From: Myxococcota bacterium
GTDB lineage: Bacteria > Myxococcota_A > UBA9160 > JAFDDA01
Reading direction: 5' to 3'
Assembly: GCA_965228475.1 (NCBI GenBank)
Contig: OZ245817.1
Location: forward strand, 3,328,001-3,392,000
Length of the DNA stretch: 64,000 nt
A program made the translations under genes and the position numbers. Under the pieces are notes generated by a model. The model made no database searches and was not told where the DNA came from. It worked only from the letters and a program-made list of their open reading frames with translations. This document shows positions 27,848-37,007 of this stretch, in pieces. How positions within the stretch are numbered: the stretch's first letter is position 1; each line of letters opens with the position of its first letter.

Positions 27848-28516
27848 CTAGCGCGTCAGCCGGTGGTACACGACCAGGTACAGGAACTTCACGAACTCCC
27901 GGAGATGGTTCATCTCCGAGACGCCCTTGCTGCGCGGGTGGTAGCCGGCCGGCACCTCGGCGACGCGGGTGCCGCGGCGCGCCGTCACCGCCGTGAGCTC
28001 GAGGATGTAGTCGAAGCCGGGCCGCCGATAGGTGTCCGGGTCGAGCACCTCGCGCCGGAAGCCGCGGATGCCGGTGTAGATGTCCGTCATGCCCTGGGCG
28101 AAGAGCAGATTGAACAGGCTCGTCAGGAAGCGGTTGCCCCAGTAGCGCGGGAAACCCATGTCGCCCCGGTCCGGCCCGAGGATGCGCGAGCCGTAGACGG
28201 CACCTTCGGTCTCGAGCGCGGCGGCGATGGCCGGGACGTCCTCGGGCAGGTACTCGAGGTCGGCGTCGATCATCACGACCTTCTCGCCGGTGCCGGCGCG
28301 CACGCCGTCCACGAGCGACTGGCCGTAGCCGAGGTTTTCGTCGTGGCGCACGAGGACGACGCCGCCGTCCTCGGCCAGGAGCTCCGCCGTCCGGTCCGTC
28401 GACGCGTTGTCGACGAAGATCAGCGTGGCCTCGGGGCAGGCGCGGCGCAGGCGCTCGAGAAGCTCGGCGACGTGCATCTCTTCGTTGTAGATCGGAACGA
28501 CGATGTCGACCGTCAC
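27848..28516 (-). CDS. GT2 glycosyltransferase (dolichol/polyprenol-phosphate mannose synthase-like)
   Basis: VVPIYNEE, VDNASTD, NLGYG, IDADLEY, YGSR, TDIYTG. Confidence 0.9.
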   Translation of the reverse strand: MTVDIVVPIYNEEMHVAELLERLRRACPEATLIFVDNASTDRTAELLAEDGGVVLVRHDENLGYGQSLVDGVRAGTGEKVVMIDADLEYLPEDVPAIAAALETEGAVYGSRILGPDRGDMGFPRYWGNRFLTSLFNLLFAQGMTDIYTGIRGFRREVLDPDTYRRPGFDYILELTAVTARRGTRVAEVPAGYHPRSKGVSEMNHLREFVKFLYLVVYHRLTR

Positions 28517-28691
28517 GCGGGCCCCCGGAAACGCGAGCCCAGCGGCCCGGCGGCGCGTAGGATGGCACGTCGGCGTCTCGGCCGCAGGGTGCGGCCGCCC
28601 TGCGCAGCGCCTGCACGCCCGTGTGCGATTGCCCGGGCCTCGGACCGACGGCTACACTTCGCGCCATGACCGACCTGGTGGGCGTGACTCC

Positions 28692-30203
28692 GTGACCGAC
28701 CTGGTGGGCGTGATTCCGGCGGCGGGCAAGGGCGTCCGGGCGTATCCGTACACCGAGTCCCTCCCGAAGTGCATGCTCGAGATCGACGGCGTGCCGCTGC
28801 TTCGCCGCAACCTCGAACGCATGCGCGACGCGCTCGGCATCCGCCGCGTGCGCATCGTCATCGGCCACCACGGCGAACACATCCGCGAGTACGTGGGCGA
28901 CGGCGGTTGGCTCGGCCTCGAGATCGAGCTGATCGAGAACGAGCACCTCGACCGCGAGCTCGCCTACTCGATCTACCTGGGCACGCGGGGCGTCGACGTG
29001 CCGTGCCTGGTGATGCTCTCGGACGAGTGCTACGTGGGCGCGGACCACGCCGCACTCGCTGCCCAGGCTGCCCCCGACGCACTGGCCGTCTGCGGGCTCA
29101 TGCGCAGCACGAGCCGCGCCCAGGTCCGCCGCAACTACGTCGTGGAAGAGCGCGACGGCCGGGTGGTCGACCTGATCGAGAAGCCCGAGGACGGCCTCGC
29201 CCAGTGGATGGGCGTCGGGACGTACCTGCTCCGGCCGGGAACGGTGCGTCGGCTCGAAGCGGCCTTCGAAGGCCCGGCCTCCGGCTGGCCGAAGGATTGG
29301 ACCAGCTGGCTCGGCGAACTCGCCCGGGCGGGCGCACCCATCGGCGCCCACCGGCTCGAAGGCGAATACGTGAACGTGAACGACCGCGAGGCCCTGAACC
29401 AGGCCAACCACCTCGTGCGCAACCGCGACTTCGAATCGCGCACGGCAAGCCTCGTCTACGTGGTCGACGACGCCGAGGATCGCATCGAGGAGTCGGTGCT
29501 GGCCTTCGCCGAGGCGCCCGAACTCTCCGAGGTCGTGGTGGCCGCACGGCGGCCCTCCGCCGCCCTCGACGCCGCCGGCCGCCACCCGAAGGTCCGTCTC
29601 TTCGTCCACGAGGAAGCGGGCGTTCCCCTCGGCGTGCTCACCCGGGAAGCCCTCGACCTCGCGAGCGGCGACATCCTGCTCACGGCCTACAGCGACGACT
29701 CCTGCGCCCCGCGCGATCTCGCGAAGCTGCTCGTCTACGTGCGCGACGCGGACCTCGTCGTCGGAACCCGCACCACGCGTCAGATGATCGAGCAGGGCTC
29801 GAACATGCGCGGCCTCGCACGCGCGGCCCACATCCTTCTTGCGAAGCTGCTCGAGACGCTCTGGTGGCGCTTCGATTCGCGCTTCACCGACGTCGCCTGC
29901 GTGTACCGTGCGTTCTGGCGGAGCACCTGGACGCTCATCCGCGACGAGCTCGACAGCCCGGGCGTCGAGATCTTCCCCGAGATGGTGATCGAGGTGCTGC
30001 GGGCGCGGCGCCGTGTGATCGAGATCCCGGTCCACTACTGCGTGCCGAGCAGCGAGCTCGAGTACGTCCCGTCGAAGTACCAGAACGCCGCGACCTTCCT
30101 GCGCGTGGTGACCCTGCTGGTTCGCAAGCGGCTCACGGCACCCGGCGCCTCACGCGTCCGGCGCGCACCGGCCCTCCGGGCGGGCGGCGGGCCGCCTTCA
30201 TGA
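28692..30203 (+). CDS. Sugar-phosphate nucleotidyltransferase fused to a GT2-like domain
   Basis: GVIPAAGKGVR...PKCM NTase motif, IEKP, VNVN; C-terminal half with DLVVGTR, FTDVACVYR, EIPVHY. Confidence 0.82.
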   Translation: MTDLVGVIPAAGKGVRAYPYTESLPKCMLEIDGVPLLRRNLERMRDALGIRRVRIVIGHHGEHIREYVGDGGWLGLEIELIENEHLDRELAYSIYLGTRGVDVPCLVMLSDECYVGADHAALAAQAAPDALAVCGLMRSTSRAQVRRNYVVEERDGRVVDLIEKPEDGLAQWMGVGTYLLRPGTVRRLEAAFEGPASGWPKDWTSWLGELARAGAPIGAHRLEGEYVNVNDREALNQANHLVRNRDFESRTASLVYVVDDAEDRIEESVLAFAEAPELSEVVVAARRPSAALDAAGRHPKVRLFVHEEAGVPLGVLTREALDLASGDILLTAYSDDSCAPRDLAKLLVYVRDADLVVGTRTTRQMIEQGSNMRGLARAAHILLAKLLETLWWRFDSRFTDVACVYRAFWRSTWTLIRDELDSPGVEIFPEMVIEVLRARRRVIEIPVHYCVPSSELEYVPSKYQNAATFLRVVTLLVRKRLTAPGASRVRRAPALRAGGGPPS

Positions 30204-31021
30204 GCACGCCCGAAGCCAACTCGCCGGACCGCGACGCGCACTTCCGCCAGCTCGAACGGGCCTGGCAGGAAGAAGTGGGCCAGCACCTGCTCGACGTCCC
30301 GCACGAATCGCCCGGCTCGGCGCTCGTCTTCGAGCGGCAGTTCGCCCGGGTGATCGAACACCTCGACCTCTCGCCCGGCGGCGTGATCGCCGAGGTGGGC
30401 TGTGGCAAGGGGCACTTCCTCGCACAGGTCGCACGCGAAGCCGGCCCGGGCGGAGCCACCGTGGTCGGCATCGACCTCTCGAGCGCCGTGCTCGCCCTGC
30501 CCGGCAAGGGACTCGCGGGCCTGAAGGCCGACGGCGAGGGCCTCCCCTTCGCCGACGGAAGCCTGCGCGCCATGGTCTACGACGGCGCCCTCCACCACCT
30601 GATCGACTACCGCGCGGCACTCCACGATGCCTACCGCACCCTCGCCCCGGGCGGCCGCATCGTCATCTTCGAGCCGGTCTCCTCGCCCTTCACGCGCTTC
30701 GTCCACCGCGTGCTCGACCCCTTCGTCTTCCAGCAGGTCGAGTACGAATCGCCGATCGACCAGGAGTACAAGCACGCCTTCCTCGAGGCTCCGGTGCTCG
30801 AGACCCTCGACGAGCTCGGCATGCCCTACACCCTCGAGCGCAGCGACGCCCTCGCCTACCCGCTCACCGGTTGCTACGCCGGCTCGGTCTTCGCGCGCTC
30901 GCTGCCGCTCATGCGCTTCGTGATGACGCTCGAGTCGATCGGCGAGCGCATTCCCCTCGTGCGCGGCCTGCTCCGCTTCGCATCGTGGCGGTTCCTCGTC
31001 GTCGCGACCAAGCCGGCCTAG
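30200..31021 (+). CDS. Class I SAM-dependent methyltransferase
   Basis: EVGCGKG, GIDLS, LPFADGS, ALHHL, LAPGG; ATGA overlap. Confidence 0.88.
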   Translation: MSTPEANSPDRDAHFRQLERAWQEEVGQHLLDVPHESPGSALVFERQFARVIEHLDLSPGGVIAEVGCGKGHFLAQVAREAGPGGATVVGIDLSSAVLALPGKGLAGLKADGEGLPFADGSLRAMVYDGALHHLIDYRAALHDAYRTLAPGGRIVIFEPVSSPFTRFVHRVLDPFVFQQVEYESPIDQEYKHAFLEAPVLETLDELGMPYTLERSDALAYPLTGCYAGSVFARSLPLMRFVMTLESIGERIPLVRGLLRFASWRFLVVATKPA

Positions 31022-31042
31022 CCGCTTGGCGGCGCGGATCTC

Positions 31043-33064
31043 GTGACGACGCGGATCTCGGCGCAGGCGCTCACCCGCTGGCAGGCGCTCGTGCTCCTGG
31101 CCGTCGCCGCCGGCAGCGCGGCCATCTGGCTCTACGCCACGCGGGTGTCGGACGCCGTCGTCTACCTCGAGCCGGACCCGGCCGCGCAGTGGATCGCCTC
31201 GGCCCAGCCCGCATCCCTGCAGCCCGTGCGGATCCCGCGGGACGAGCCCTTCGTCGCACGGTTCGGCACGCGCTTCGAGGTCCGGGGGCCCGAAGGCGCG
31301 GAGGCGCGGCTTCGCGTGCGCGCGGTCCGCGGACTCGAACTCTTCCTGAACGACCGGCCCGTTCCGCTCGAGGGGCGGGACCCGGCCCGCTGGAAGCAGG
31401 AGAGCACGGTCGACGTTTCGGAGCACCTCGTCCCGGGCTCGAACCACCTCGTCGCGGTGGTCAGCAACTTCGAGGGCCCGGCGCTGCTCTGGCTCGCCAT
31501 CGAGGGGCTCGGCCAGCCCGTCGCGAGCGGGCGCGGCTGGTGGATCGAGCACCCGGACCGGAACGTCCCCGCGCGCTACGCGATCGACGTGCGGCGCGTA
31601 CCGCGGGCCGACCAGGCGCCGACGCCCGCCGAGGGCCTGCGCGCCCGGGCGGGGCCGCTCGCCGCCGCCTTCCTGCTGTGCGCCCTCCCCGTCTGGCTCC
31701 TGCCGGCGGGGGCGCGAAGGAGCGCCGAACGCCACGCCGTCGCGATCGCGGCCGGCGCCGTCGCGCTCTTCTGGGCGGTGCTCTACGCGACCAAGGCGGC
31801 GCACTTTCCCGCGACCCTCGGCTTCGACGTGAACGGCCACTACGAGTACCTGCGCTTCCTGGCCGAGGAGCGGCGCATCCCCATCGCCTCGGACGGCTGG
31901 TCGACCTTCCACCCGCCCCTCTACTACGTGGCGACCGCCGCGCTGCGTGGGCTGTTCGGCTCGGCCCAGGGCGAAACCCTCGACGGGTTCGTCCTTCACT
32001 TCTTCCCGGTCGTCGCGGGCCTCGCTTCGGCGCTGTTCGCCGGCGCCCTCGTCCGGCGCCTCGCGCCCGGGGAACCGCTCCTCGCCGCTGCGAGCACCCT
32101 TGTGGCAGGCCTCCTGCCCATCAACGTGCTGCTCGGCAGCCTGGTCTCGAACGAGGCCGTGAACGCGGGCCTCGTCGGCCTCGTCCTGCTCCTGGCCGCG
32201 GACGCGATGGTCCGTGAGCGGGCGACGCCCCGGGCCCTCGCGGGCCTCGCCCTGGCCGGCTCGGCGGCCCTGCTCGCGAAGACGACGAGCCTGCCCGTCG
32301 TCGCCGCGGCCTTCGCCGGGGTCGGCCTGAAGCTCTGGCTCGTCGAAGGCCGGTCCTTCGCCCGCAGCGCGGCGGCCGTGGCCGGCGTGCTGGCCGGCGT
32401 CGGCGTCCTCGCCGGCTGGTTCTACGCGCGCAACGTGCTCCTCTTCGGGAACCCCTTCGTCACGAACTACGACCTGCCGGACGCCACCTACTGGCTCGCG
32501 CCCGGCTTCCACACGCCCGCCTGGTACGCGAGCTTCGGCGCCGTCCTCGAGCACCCCTTCTTCGCGAGCTACGCCGGCTTCTGGGATGGGCTCTACTCGA
32601 CCTTCTTCGGCGACGGCCAGGCCTCCGGCATGCTCGGCATCGCGCACCCGAGCCCGTTCTGGGACTACGAAGCCATGGCCGCCGGGTATTGGCTGGCCGC
32701 GCCCGCCGTGGCCCTGCTGGGGCTCGGCTTCTTCGTGATGGGCGCGCGGGCGGTGCGCGCGGAGCCGGGGCCGCGCCTCGCCTGGAGCCTGCTCCTGGCC
32801 ACGGGGTACGGCATGAGCTTCCTCGTTCTGCTCACGACGCTCCGCTACCCGCACTACGCGCTGCCGAAGGCGTTCTACGCGCTGCCGGCACTCGCCGCCT
32901 TCGCCGCGGCGCTCGCCCTCGGCATCGTCGCCCTCGACGCCGCCCTGCGCGAACGCGCCGGCGGTGTGACGGGCCGGACGCTGCGGAGCCTCCTCCACGG
33001 CTGGCTCGGCGCCCTCGCGTGCGCGTGGCTGCTCGCCTATCTCGGACGCGGCCTCGCGGCGTGA
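31043..33064 (+). CDS. GT-C (ArnT/PMT-like) membrane glycosyltransferase with N-terminal periplasmic beta domain
   Basis: GFDVNGHYEY, FHPPLYY, SNE, LAKTT, WFYARNVLLFGNP; many TM segments. Confidence 0.75.
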   Translation: MTTRISAQALTRWQALVLLAVAAGSAAIWLYATRVSDAVVYLEPDPAAQWIASAQPASLQPVRIPRDEPFVARFGTRFEVRGPEGAEARLRVRAVRGLELFLNDRPVPLEGRDPARWKQESTVDVSEHLVPGSNHLVAVVSNFEGPALLWLAIEGLGQPVASGRGWWIEHPDRNVPARYAIDVRRVPRADQAPTPAEGLRARAGPLAAAFLLCALPVWLLPAGARRSAERHAVAIAAGAVALFWAVLYATKAAHFPATLGFDVNGHYEYLRFLAEERRIPIASDGWSTFHPPLYYVATAALRGLFGSAQGETLDGFVLHFFPVVAGLASALFAGALVRRLAPGEPLLAAASTLVAGLLPINVLLGSLVSNEAVNAGLVGLVLLLAADAMVRERATPRALAGLALAGSAALLAKTTSLPVVAAAFAGVGLKLWLVEGRSFARSAAAVAGVLAGVGVLAGWFYARNVLLFGNPFVTNYDLPDATYWLAPGFHTPAWYASFGAVLEHPFFASYAGFWDGLYSTFFGDGQASGMLGIAHPSPFWDYEAMAAGYWLAAPAVALLGLGFFVMGARAVRAEPGPRLAWSLLLATGYGMSFLVLLTTLRYPHYALPKAFYALPALAAFAAALALGIVALDAALRERAGGVTGRTLRSLLHGWLGALACAWLLAYLGRGLAA

Positions 33065-33094
33065 CCCGGAAGCTCGCGCGGAGGGTCCGGACAT

Positions 33095-33123
33095 TTGACC
33101 GTCGCTGGGGCCCCCGGTAGAGT
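33095..33123 (+). promoter_or_regulatory. sigma70 promoter of ffs-dnaX
   Basis: TTGACC-N17-TAGAGT. Confidence 0.7.
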
Positions 33124-33147
33124 CGGCTCGGTCCCGCGGCGCAACGC

Positions 33148-33251
33148 GATCGCAGGGTCCCGCTCGGGCGCGAGCCTCGTGAACCCCGTCAGATCCGGAA
33201 GGAAGCAGCGGCAGCGGGTGTTCGGGTTGCGGGCGGGGGTGCCCTGCGATC
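33148..33251 (+). ncRNA. ffs: Signal recognition particle RNA (4.5S)
   Basis: Conserved core GTGAACCCCGTCAGATCCGGAAGGAAGCAGCGG; terminal stem GATCGCAGGG/CCCTGCGATC; directly upstream of dnaX; ends approximate. Confidence 0.92.
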
Positions 33252-33291
33252 CCGTGCGCGGCGGGGTCGCGAAGCCCGAGGTATCCCCCGC

Positions 33292-35127
33292 TTGAGCTAT
33301 CAGGTCCTCGCACGCAAGTGGCGGCCGCAGACGTTCGACGACGTCCGCGGGCAGGAGCACGTCACCACCGCCCTGCGCAACGCGATCCGGCTCGACCGCG
33401 TGCACCATGCGATCCTCCTGTGCGGCCCGCGCGGCGTCGGCAAGACGACGCTGGCGCGCATCCTGGCCCGCTGCTTGAACTGCGACAAGGGCCCGACGGA
33501 CGCCCCCTGCGGCGTCTGCCCGGCCTGTAGCGAGATCTCGGCCGGCACCTCGACGGACGTCCAGGAGATCGACGCCGCGAGCCGCACCAGCGTCGACGAC
33601 ATCCGGGACGTGATCGAGTCCATCCGCTACGCGCCCTCGCCGGGCAAGCACCGCATCTACATCGTGGACGAGGTCCACATGCTCTCGAAGCCGGCCTTCA
33701 ACGCGTTCCTGAAGACGCTCGAGGAGCCGCCGCCGCGGAGCCTGTTCATCTTCGCCACGACCGACCCGGAGAAGATCCCGTTCACCGTGGTCTCGCGCTG
33801 CCAGCGCCACGACCTGAAGCGCATCACCACGAGCGAGATCGTGGCGCGGCTCCAGGAGCTCGCCGGAAGCGAAGGGATCGAGATCTCCGAAGCGAGCCTG
33901 CTCGCCATCGCACGCGAGGGCGACGGCTCCCTGCGCGATTCGCTCACCCTCTTCGATCAGATCATCGCCTCGGGCGGAACCGAGATCGACGACGCGCGGG
34001 TCGCCGAGGTGCTCGACCTGATCGACCGGCGCCTCCTGCTCGCGATCCTCGAAGCCTGCGTCGACGGCGACGCCGCCGAGGCGCTCGCCGCCTGCGGGCG
34101 GGCCGAGGAAGCGGGCATCGACGCGCGGCGACTCTCGGCGGCGCTGCTCGCGAGCCTGCGCGACCTCGTCGTGCTGCGCATGGCACCGGACTCGCCGGAA
34201 CTCGTCGACGGCAGCGACTCCGAACTCGAAGAGCTCCGCACGATCGCCACCCGCAGCGACGGCCTCCGCCTGCGCCGGATGTTCCGCGCGCTCGTGAAGG
34301 AACAGGAAGATCTGGCTCACGCGCCCGAGCCCTTCCCCGTGGTCGAGATGGCCATCGTCCGCCTCGCGACGATGGCGCCCGGCGACGACGTGGCGAGGCT
34401 CCTGACCCGCCTCGACGCGCTCGAGAAGCGCCTCGCCGGCGGCGCTCCGCCCGCGCCGCGTGGCGGCGGAGGCGGTGGCGGCGCGCCCGCCGGGCGGCCC
34501 ACCGGCCCCGCCCGGGAACGGGGCGGACCGAGCGCTCCCGCCGCGCAGCGCGCGGCCGCGCCCGAGCCGGCGGCACCACGCGCCGAGGCCGGCCCGGCGC
34601 CGGAGCCGAGCCCGCCGGTCGATGCCGGCCCGCCCTTCGAGATGACCCCGCCGCCCTCCGAAACCCATGCGCCGCCGGAAACACCCGCACCGCAGGCATT
34701 GCCCCCGGCGACGGCCTCCGAAGAAGCCCCCCTGAACGTCGTCTTCGACCGGATCCGCGCCGCGGCCCAGGAGGAGAACCGCGGCCTGTTCTCCGTCCTC
34801 GATGAAGGGCGGCTCCTCTCGAAGAACGAGGGCAAGCTCGAGATCGCTCTCCCGGAGGGCTTCCCCGCGCGGCGGGTGGCGAACCGGATCACGGACCTCG
34901 AGGCCATCGCCGAGCGCATCTTCGGCCGGCCGACGCGCATCGAACTCGTGGCGGGAGGCGGCGGCGACGTCGCGAAGCCGGCACCGGCCGAGAAGCCCCA
35001 GCGCGCGCCCGAAGACAGCGACCTCGCCCGCGCCCGGCGCCAGGAGGCGCTCCGGCATCCCGGCATCAACGACGCCCTCGACGTCCTCGGCGGCGAAATT
35101 CTGGACATCCGCCCGATCTCCTCGTGA
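33292..35127 (+). CDS. dnaX: DNA polymerase III subunit gamma/tau
   Basis: SYQVLARKWRPQTF, GPRGVGKTT, zinc motif, DEVHML, SRC; Pro/Ala-rich linker. Confidence 0.98.
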   Translation: MSYQVLARKWRPQTFDDVRGQEHVTTALRNAIRLDRVHHAILLCGPRGVGKTTLARILARCLNCDKGPTDAPCGVCPACSEISAGTSTDVQEIDAASRTSVDDIRDVIESIRYAPSPGKHRIYIVDEVHMLSKPAFNAFLKTLEEPPPRSLFIFATTDPEKIPFTVVSRCQRHDLKRITTSEIVARLQELAGSEGIEISEASLLAIAREGDGSLRDSLTLFDQIIASGGTEIDDARVAEVLDLIDRRLLLAILEACVDGDAAEALAACGRAEEAGIDARRLSAALLASLRDLVVLRMAPDSPELVDGSDSELEELRTIATRSDGLRLRRMFRALVKEQEDLAHAPEPFPVVEMAIVRLATMAPGDDVARLLTRLDALEKRLAGGAPPAPRGGGGGGGAPAGRPTGPARERGGPSAPAAQRAAAPEPAAPRAEAGPAPEPSPPVDAGPPFEMTPPPSETHAPPETPAPQALPPATASEEAPLNVVFDRIRAAAQEENRGLFSVLDEGRLLSKNEGKLEIALPEGFPARRVANRITDLEAIAERIFGRPTRIELVAGGGGDVAKPAPAEKPQRAPEDSDLARARRQEALRHPGINDALDVLGGEILDIRPISS

Positions 35128-35152
35128 GCTCGGGCCGGGAGGAGAAGCAGGC

Positions 35153-35500
35153 GTGAGCCAGGACTTCGCCGAGCTCATGAAGAAGGCCCAGGAGGTGCAG
35201 AACCGGATGCGCGAGGTCCAGCAGGACCTCGCGCGCCGCACCATCGAGGGCAGCGCCGGCGGCGGCATGGTCACCGCCGTCGCCACCGGGGAGCTGCGCA
35301 TCCGCGAGATCAAGATCGAGCCTTCGCTGCTCGAGCCCGGAAGCGACCACCAGATGATGCAGGACCTCGTCGCCGCCGCCGTGAACGCCGCCCTCGGCAA
35401 CGCCCAGCGCATGGTCCAGGAAGAGCTCCAGCGCGTGGCCGCCCAGAACCCGATCGCCTTCGGCCAGCCCGTCGGCCCCGGCCAGGGTCAGGGCCAGTAG
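35153..35500 (+). CDS. ybaB: YbaB/EbfC nucleoid-associated protein
   Basis: MKKAQEVQ, GSAGGGMV, MMQDLVAAAVN; between dnaX and recR. Confidence 0.95.
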   Translation: MSQDFAELMKKAQEVQNRMREVQQDLARRTIEGSAGGGMVTAVATGELRIREIKIEPSLLEPGSDHQMMQDLVAAAVNAALGNAQRMVQEELQRVAAQNPIAFGQPVGPGQGQGQ

Positions 35501-35507
35501 GCCCGCC

Positions 35508-36107
35508 GTGCGCTCCTCCCCGCCCATCGACCGCGTGATCGGCGCCTTGAAGCGGCTGCCGGGCATCGGCGAGAAGTCCGCCACGCGGCTGGCCTTCCAC
35601 CTGCTCTCGGCCGCCGACGCCCAGGTTCAGGAGCTCGCGGAATCGATCGTGCGACTGAAGAAGGAGATCGTGCTCTGCGCCGAGTGCTTCGATCTCACCG
35701 ACGCCTCGCCCTGCGCGGTCTGCCGCAACCCCGAGCGCGATGCGGGCATCGTGTGCGTGGTCGAAGAGCCCGCGGACCTCGCCGCGATCGAGGAGACCCG
35801 GAGCTTCCGCGGCCGCTACCACGTGCTCGGCGGCGCCCTCGCGCCGATCGACGGCGTCGGCCCCGAGGAGCTCCGCATCGCGGACCTCGAGACCCGCGTG
35901 CGCGGCGGCGGCGTCCGCGAAGTCATCCTCGCCACCAACCCGAACGCCGAGGGCGAAGCCACCGCCCACTACATCGCCGACCGCCTGCGCGACGCCGAAG
36001 CCCGCGTCACCCGCATCGCCTACGGCATGCCCATGGGCGGCGACCTCGAATACGCCGACCGCGTCACCGTAGAACGCTCCCTACAAAACCGAAGCGACCT
36101 CTCCTAG
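35508..36107 (+). CDS. recR: Recombination mediator RecR
   Basis: LPGIGEKSATRLA, C4 zinc finger, EVILATNPNAEGEAT. Confidence 0.98.
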   Translation: MRSSPPIDRVIGALKRLPGIGEKSATRLAFHLLSAADAQVQELAESIVRLKKEIVLCAECFDLTDASPCAVCRNPERDAGIVCVVEEPADLAAIEETRSFRGRYHVLGGALAPIDGVGPEELRIADLETRVRGGGVREVILATNPNAEGEATAHYIADRLRDAEARVTRIAYGMPMGGDLEYADRVTVERSLQNRSDLS

Positions 36108-36184
36108 CTCCGCCCGGGGTGTGCCGCAGGCACACCCCCGTACCCCCCAGTGCGAGCGGTGGGCCGCCCCGAGCCCACCGAGTA

Positions 36185-36291
36185 GCGCGGACAGGGAGGG
36201 AGGCCTGCCGGACCGTAAACCCATCCTGGATGCCCGTCCCCACCGAGCCTGACGTGACGTCGGTCCGGCAGGCCTCCCTCCCTGCCCGCGC
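36185..36291. repeat. Long intergenic inverted repeat (REP/MITE-like)
   Basis: 31-bp arms (24 bp perfect: CAGGGAGGGAGGCCTGCCGGACCG) with a 45-nt spacer; extra hairpin GGGGTGTGCC-gca-GGCACACCCC near 36116-36138. Confidence 0.7.
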
Positions 36292-36514
36292 GCCCCCGCC
36301 CAACTCGGCAAAAACCCCGACACCCAGAATCAGCCACCCGCCGATCCCCGAAGAATGATCTCCCTCACAAGACCTAAAGCCCCCCGCCCAGCGCGCCGAT
36401 TGCACCCCAAGAACCGTTTCGCTTGATCGAAGCTGCTGCGGAAGGTTAGATTGCAAGCGAATTCCCGTTTGGTTCGGGGCGGTTACAGGGACGGCTGCGG
36501 ATGATGGACCGGTC

Positions 36515-37000
36515 ATGAACAGCACGCTCGTCATGTACGACGAGGACCACCGGAAGCTCCTGGCGATCATCCAGCGCTTGTCGCAGGACGCCACGGCGAA
36601 GGGCGTGTTCCTCGTCGACACGAACGGCCAGATGGTCGCCGAGGCGGGTCAGATGCAGGGCATCGACACCACGAGCCTCGCGTCGCTCACCGCCGGCAAC
36701 ATCGCCGCCTCGACCGGCCTCGCAAAGATCATCGGGGAAGAAGAGTTCCCGACGCACTTCCACCAGGGCCAGCGCGACAACCTCTTCATCACGTTGTGCG
36801 CGAGCCGCATCATTCTCGTCGTCGTGTTCGACGAGCACAGTTCTCTCGGCCTGGTTCGCCTGCGGGTGAAGAAGGCCAGTGCGCAGATCGCGCAGGTGTT
36901 CGAGGAGATCCGCAAGAAGGCCGAACAGGAGCAGAGCTCCGGCGGCAGCCCGTTCTCCGAGATCACCGACGACGACATCGACAACCTGTTCTCCGAGTAG
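36515..37000 (+). CDS. mglB: MglB roadblock/LC7 GTPase-activating protein
   Basis: [25 protein letters not shown]-terminal [13 protein letters not shown] as in myxobacterial MglB. Confidence 0.96.
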   Translation: MNSTLVMYDEDHRKLLAIIQRLSQDATAKGVFLVDTNGQMVAEAGQMQGIDTTSLASLTAGNIAASTGLAKIIGEEEFPTHFHQGQRDNLFITLCASRIILVVVFDEHSSLGLVRLRVKKASAQIAQVFEEIRKKAEQEQSSGGSPFSEITDDDIDNLFSE

Positions 37001-37007
37001 CCACCCC

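Noticed and set aside
25575..30035. Very long antisense or alternative-frame ORFs (1486 aa here; also 30035-33313, 37635-40799, 53227-56724, 20933-23995)
   Set aside because: Shadow ORFs caused by high GC and stop-codon scarcity. They are Arg/Gly/Ala-rich, motif-free over most of their length and overlap well-supported genes. Only the 3' part of 37635-40799 (37635-38333) is a real gene.
33292..35127. Programmed frameshift or slippage site in dnaX
   Set aside because: No AAAAAAG or poly-A/T run seen. The Pro/Ala-rich segment is an ordinary linker.
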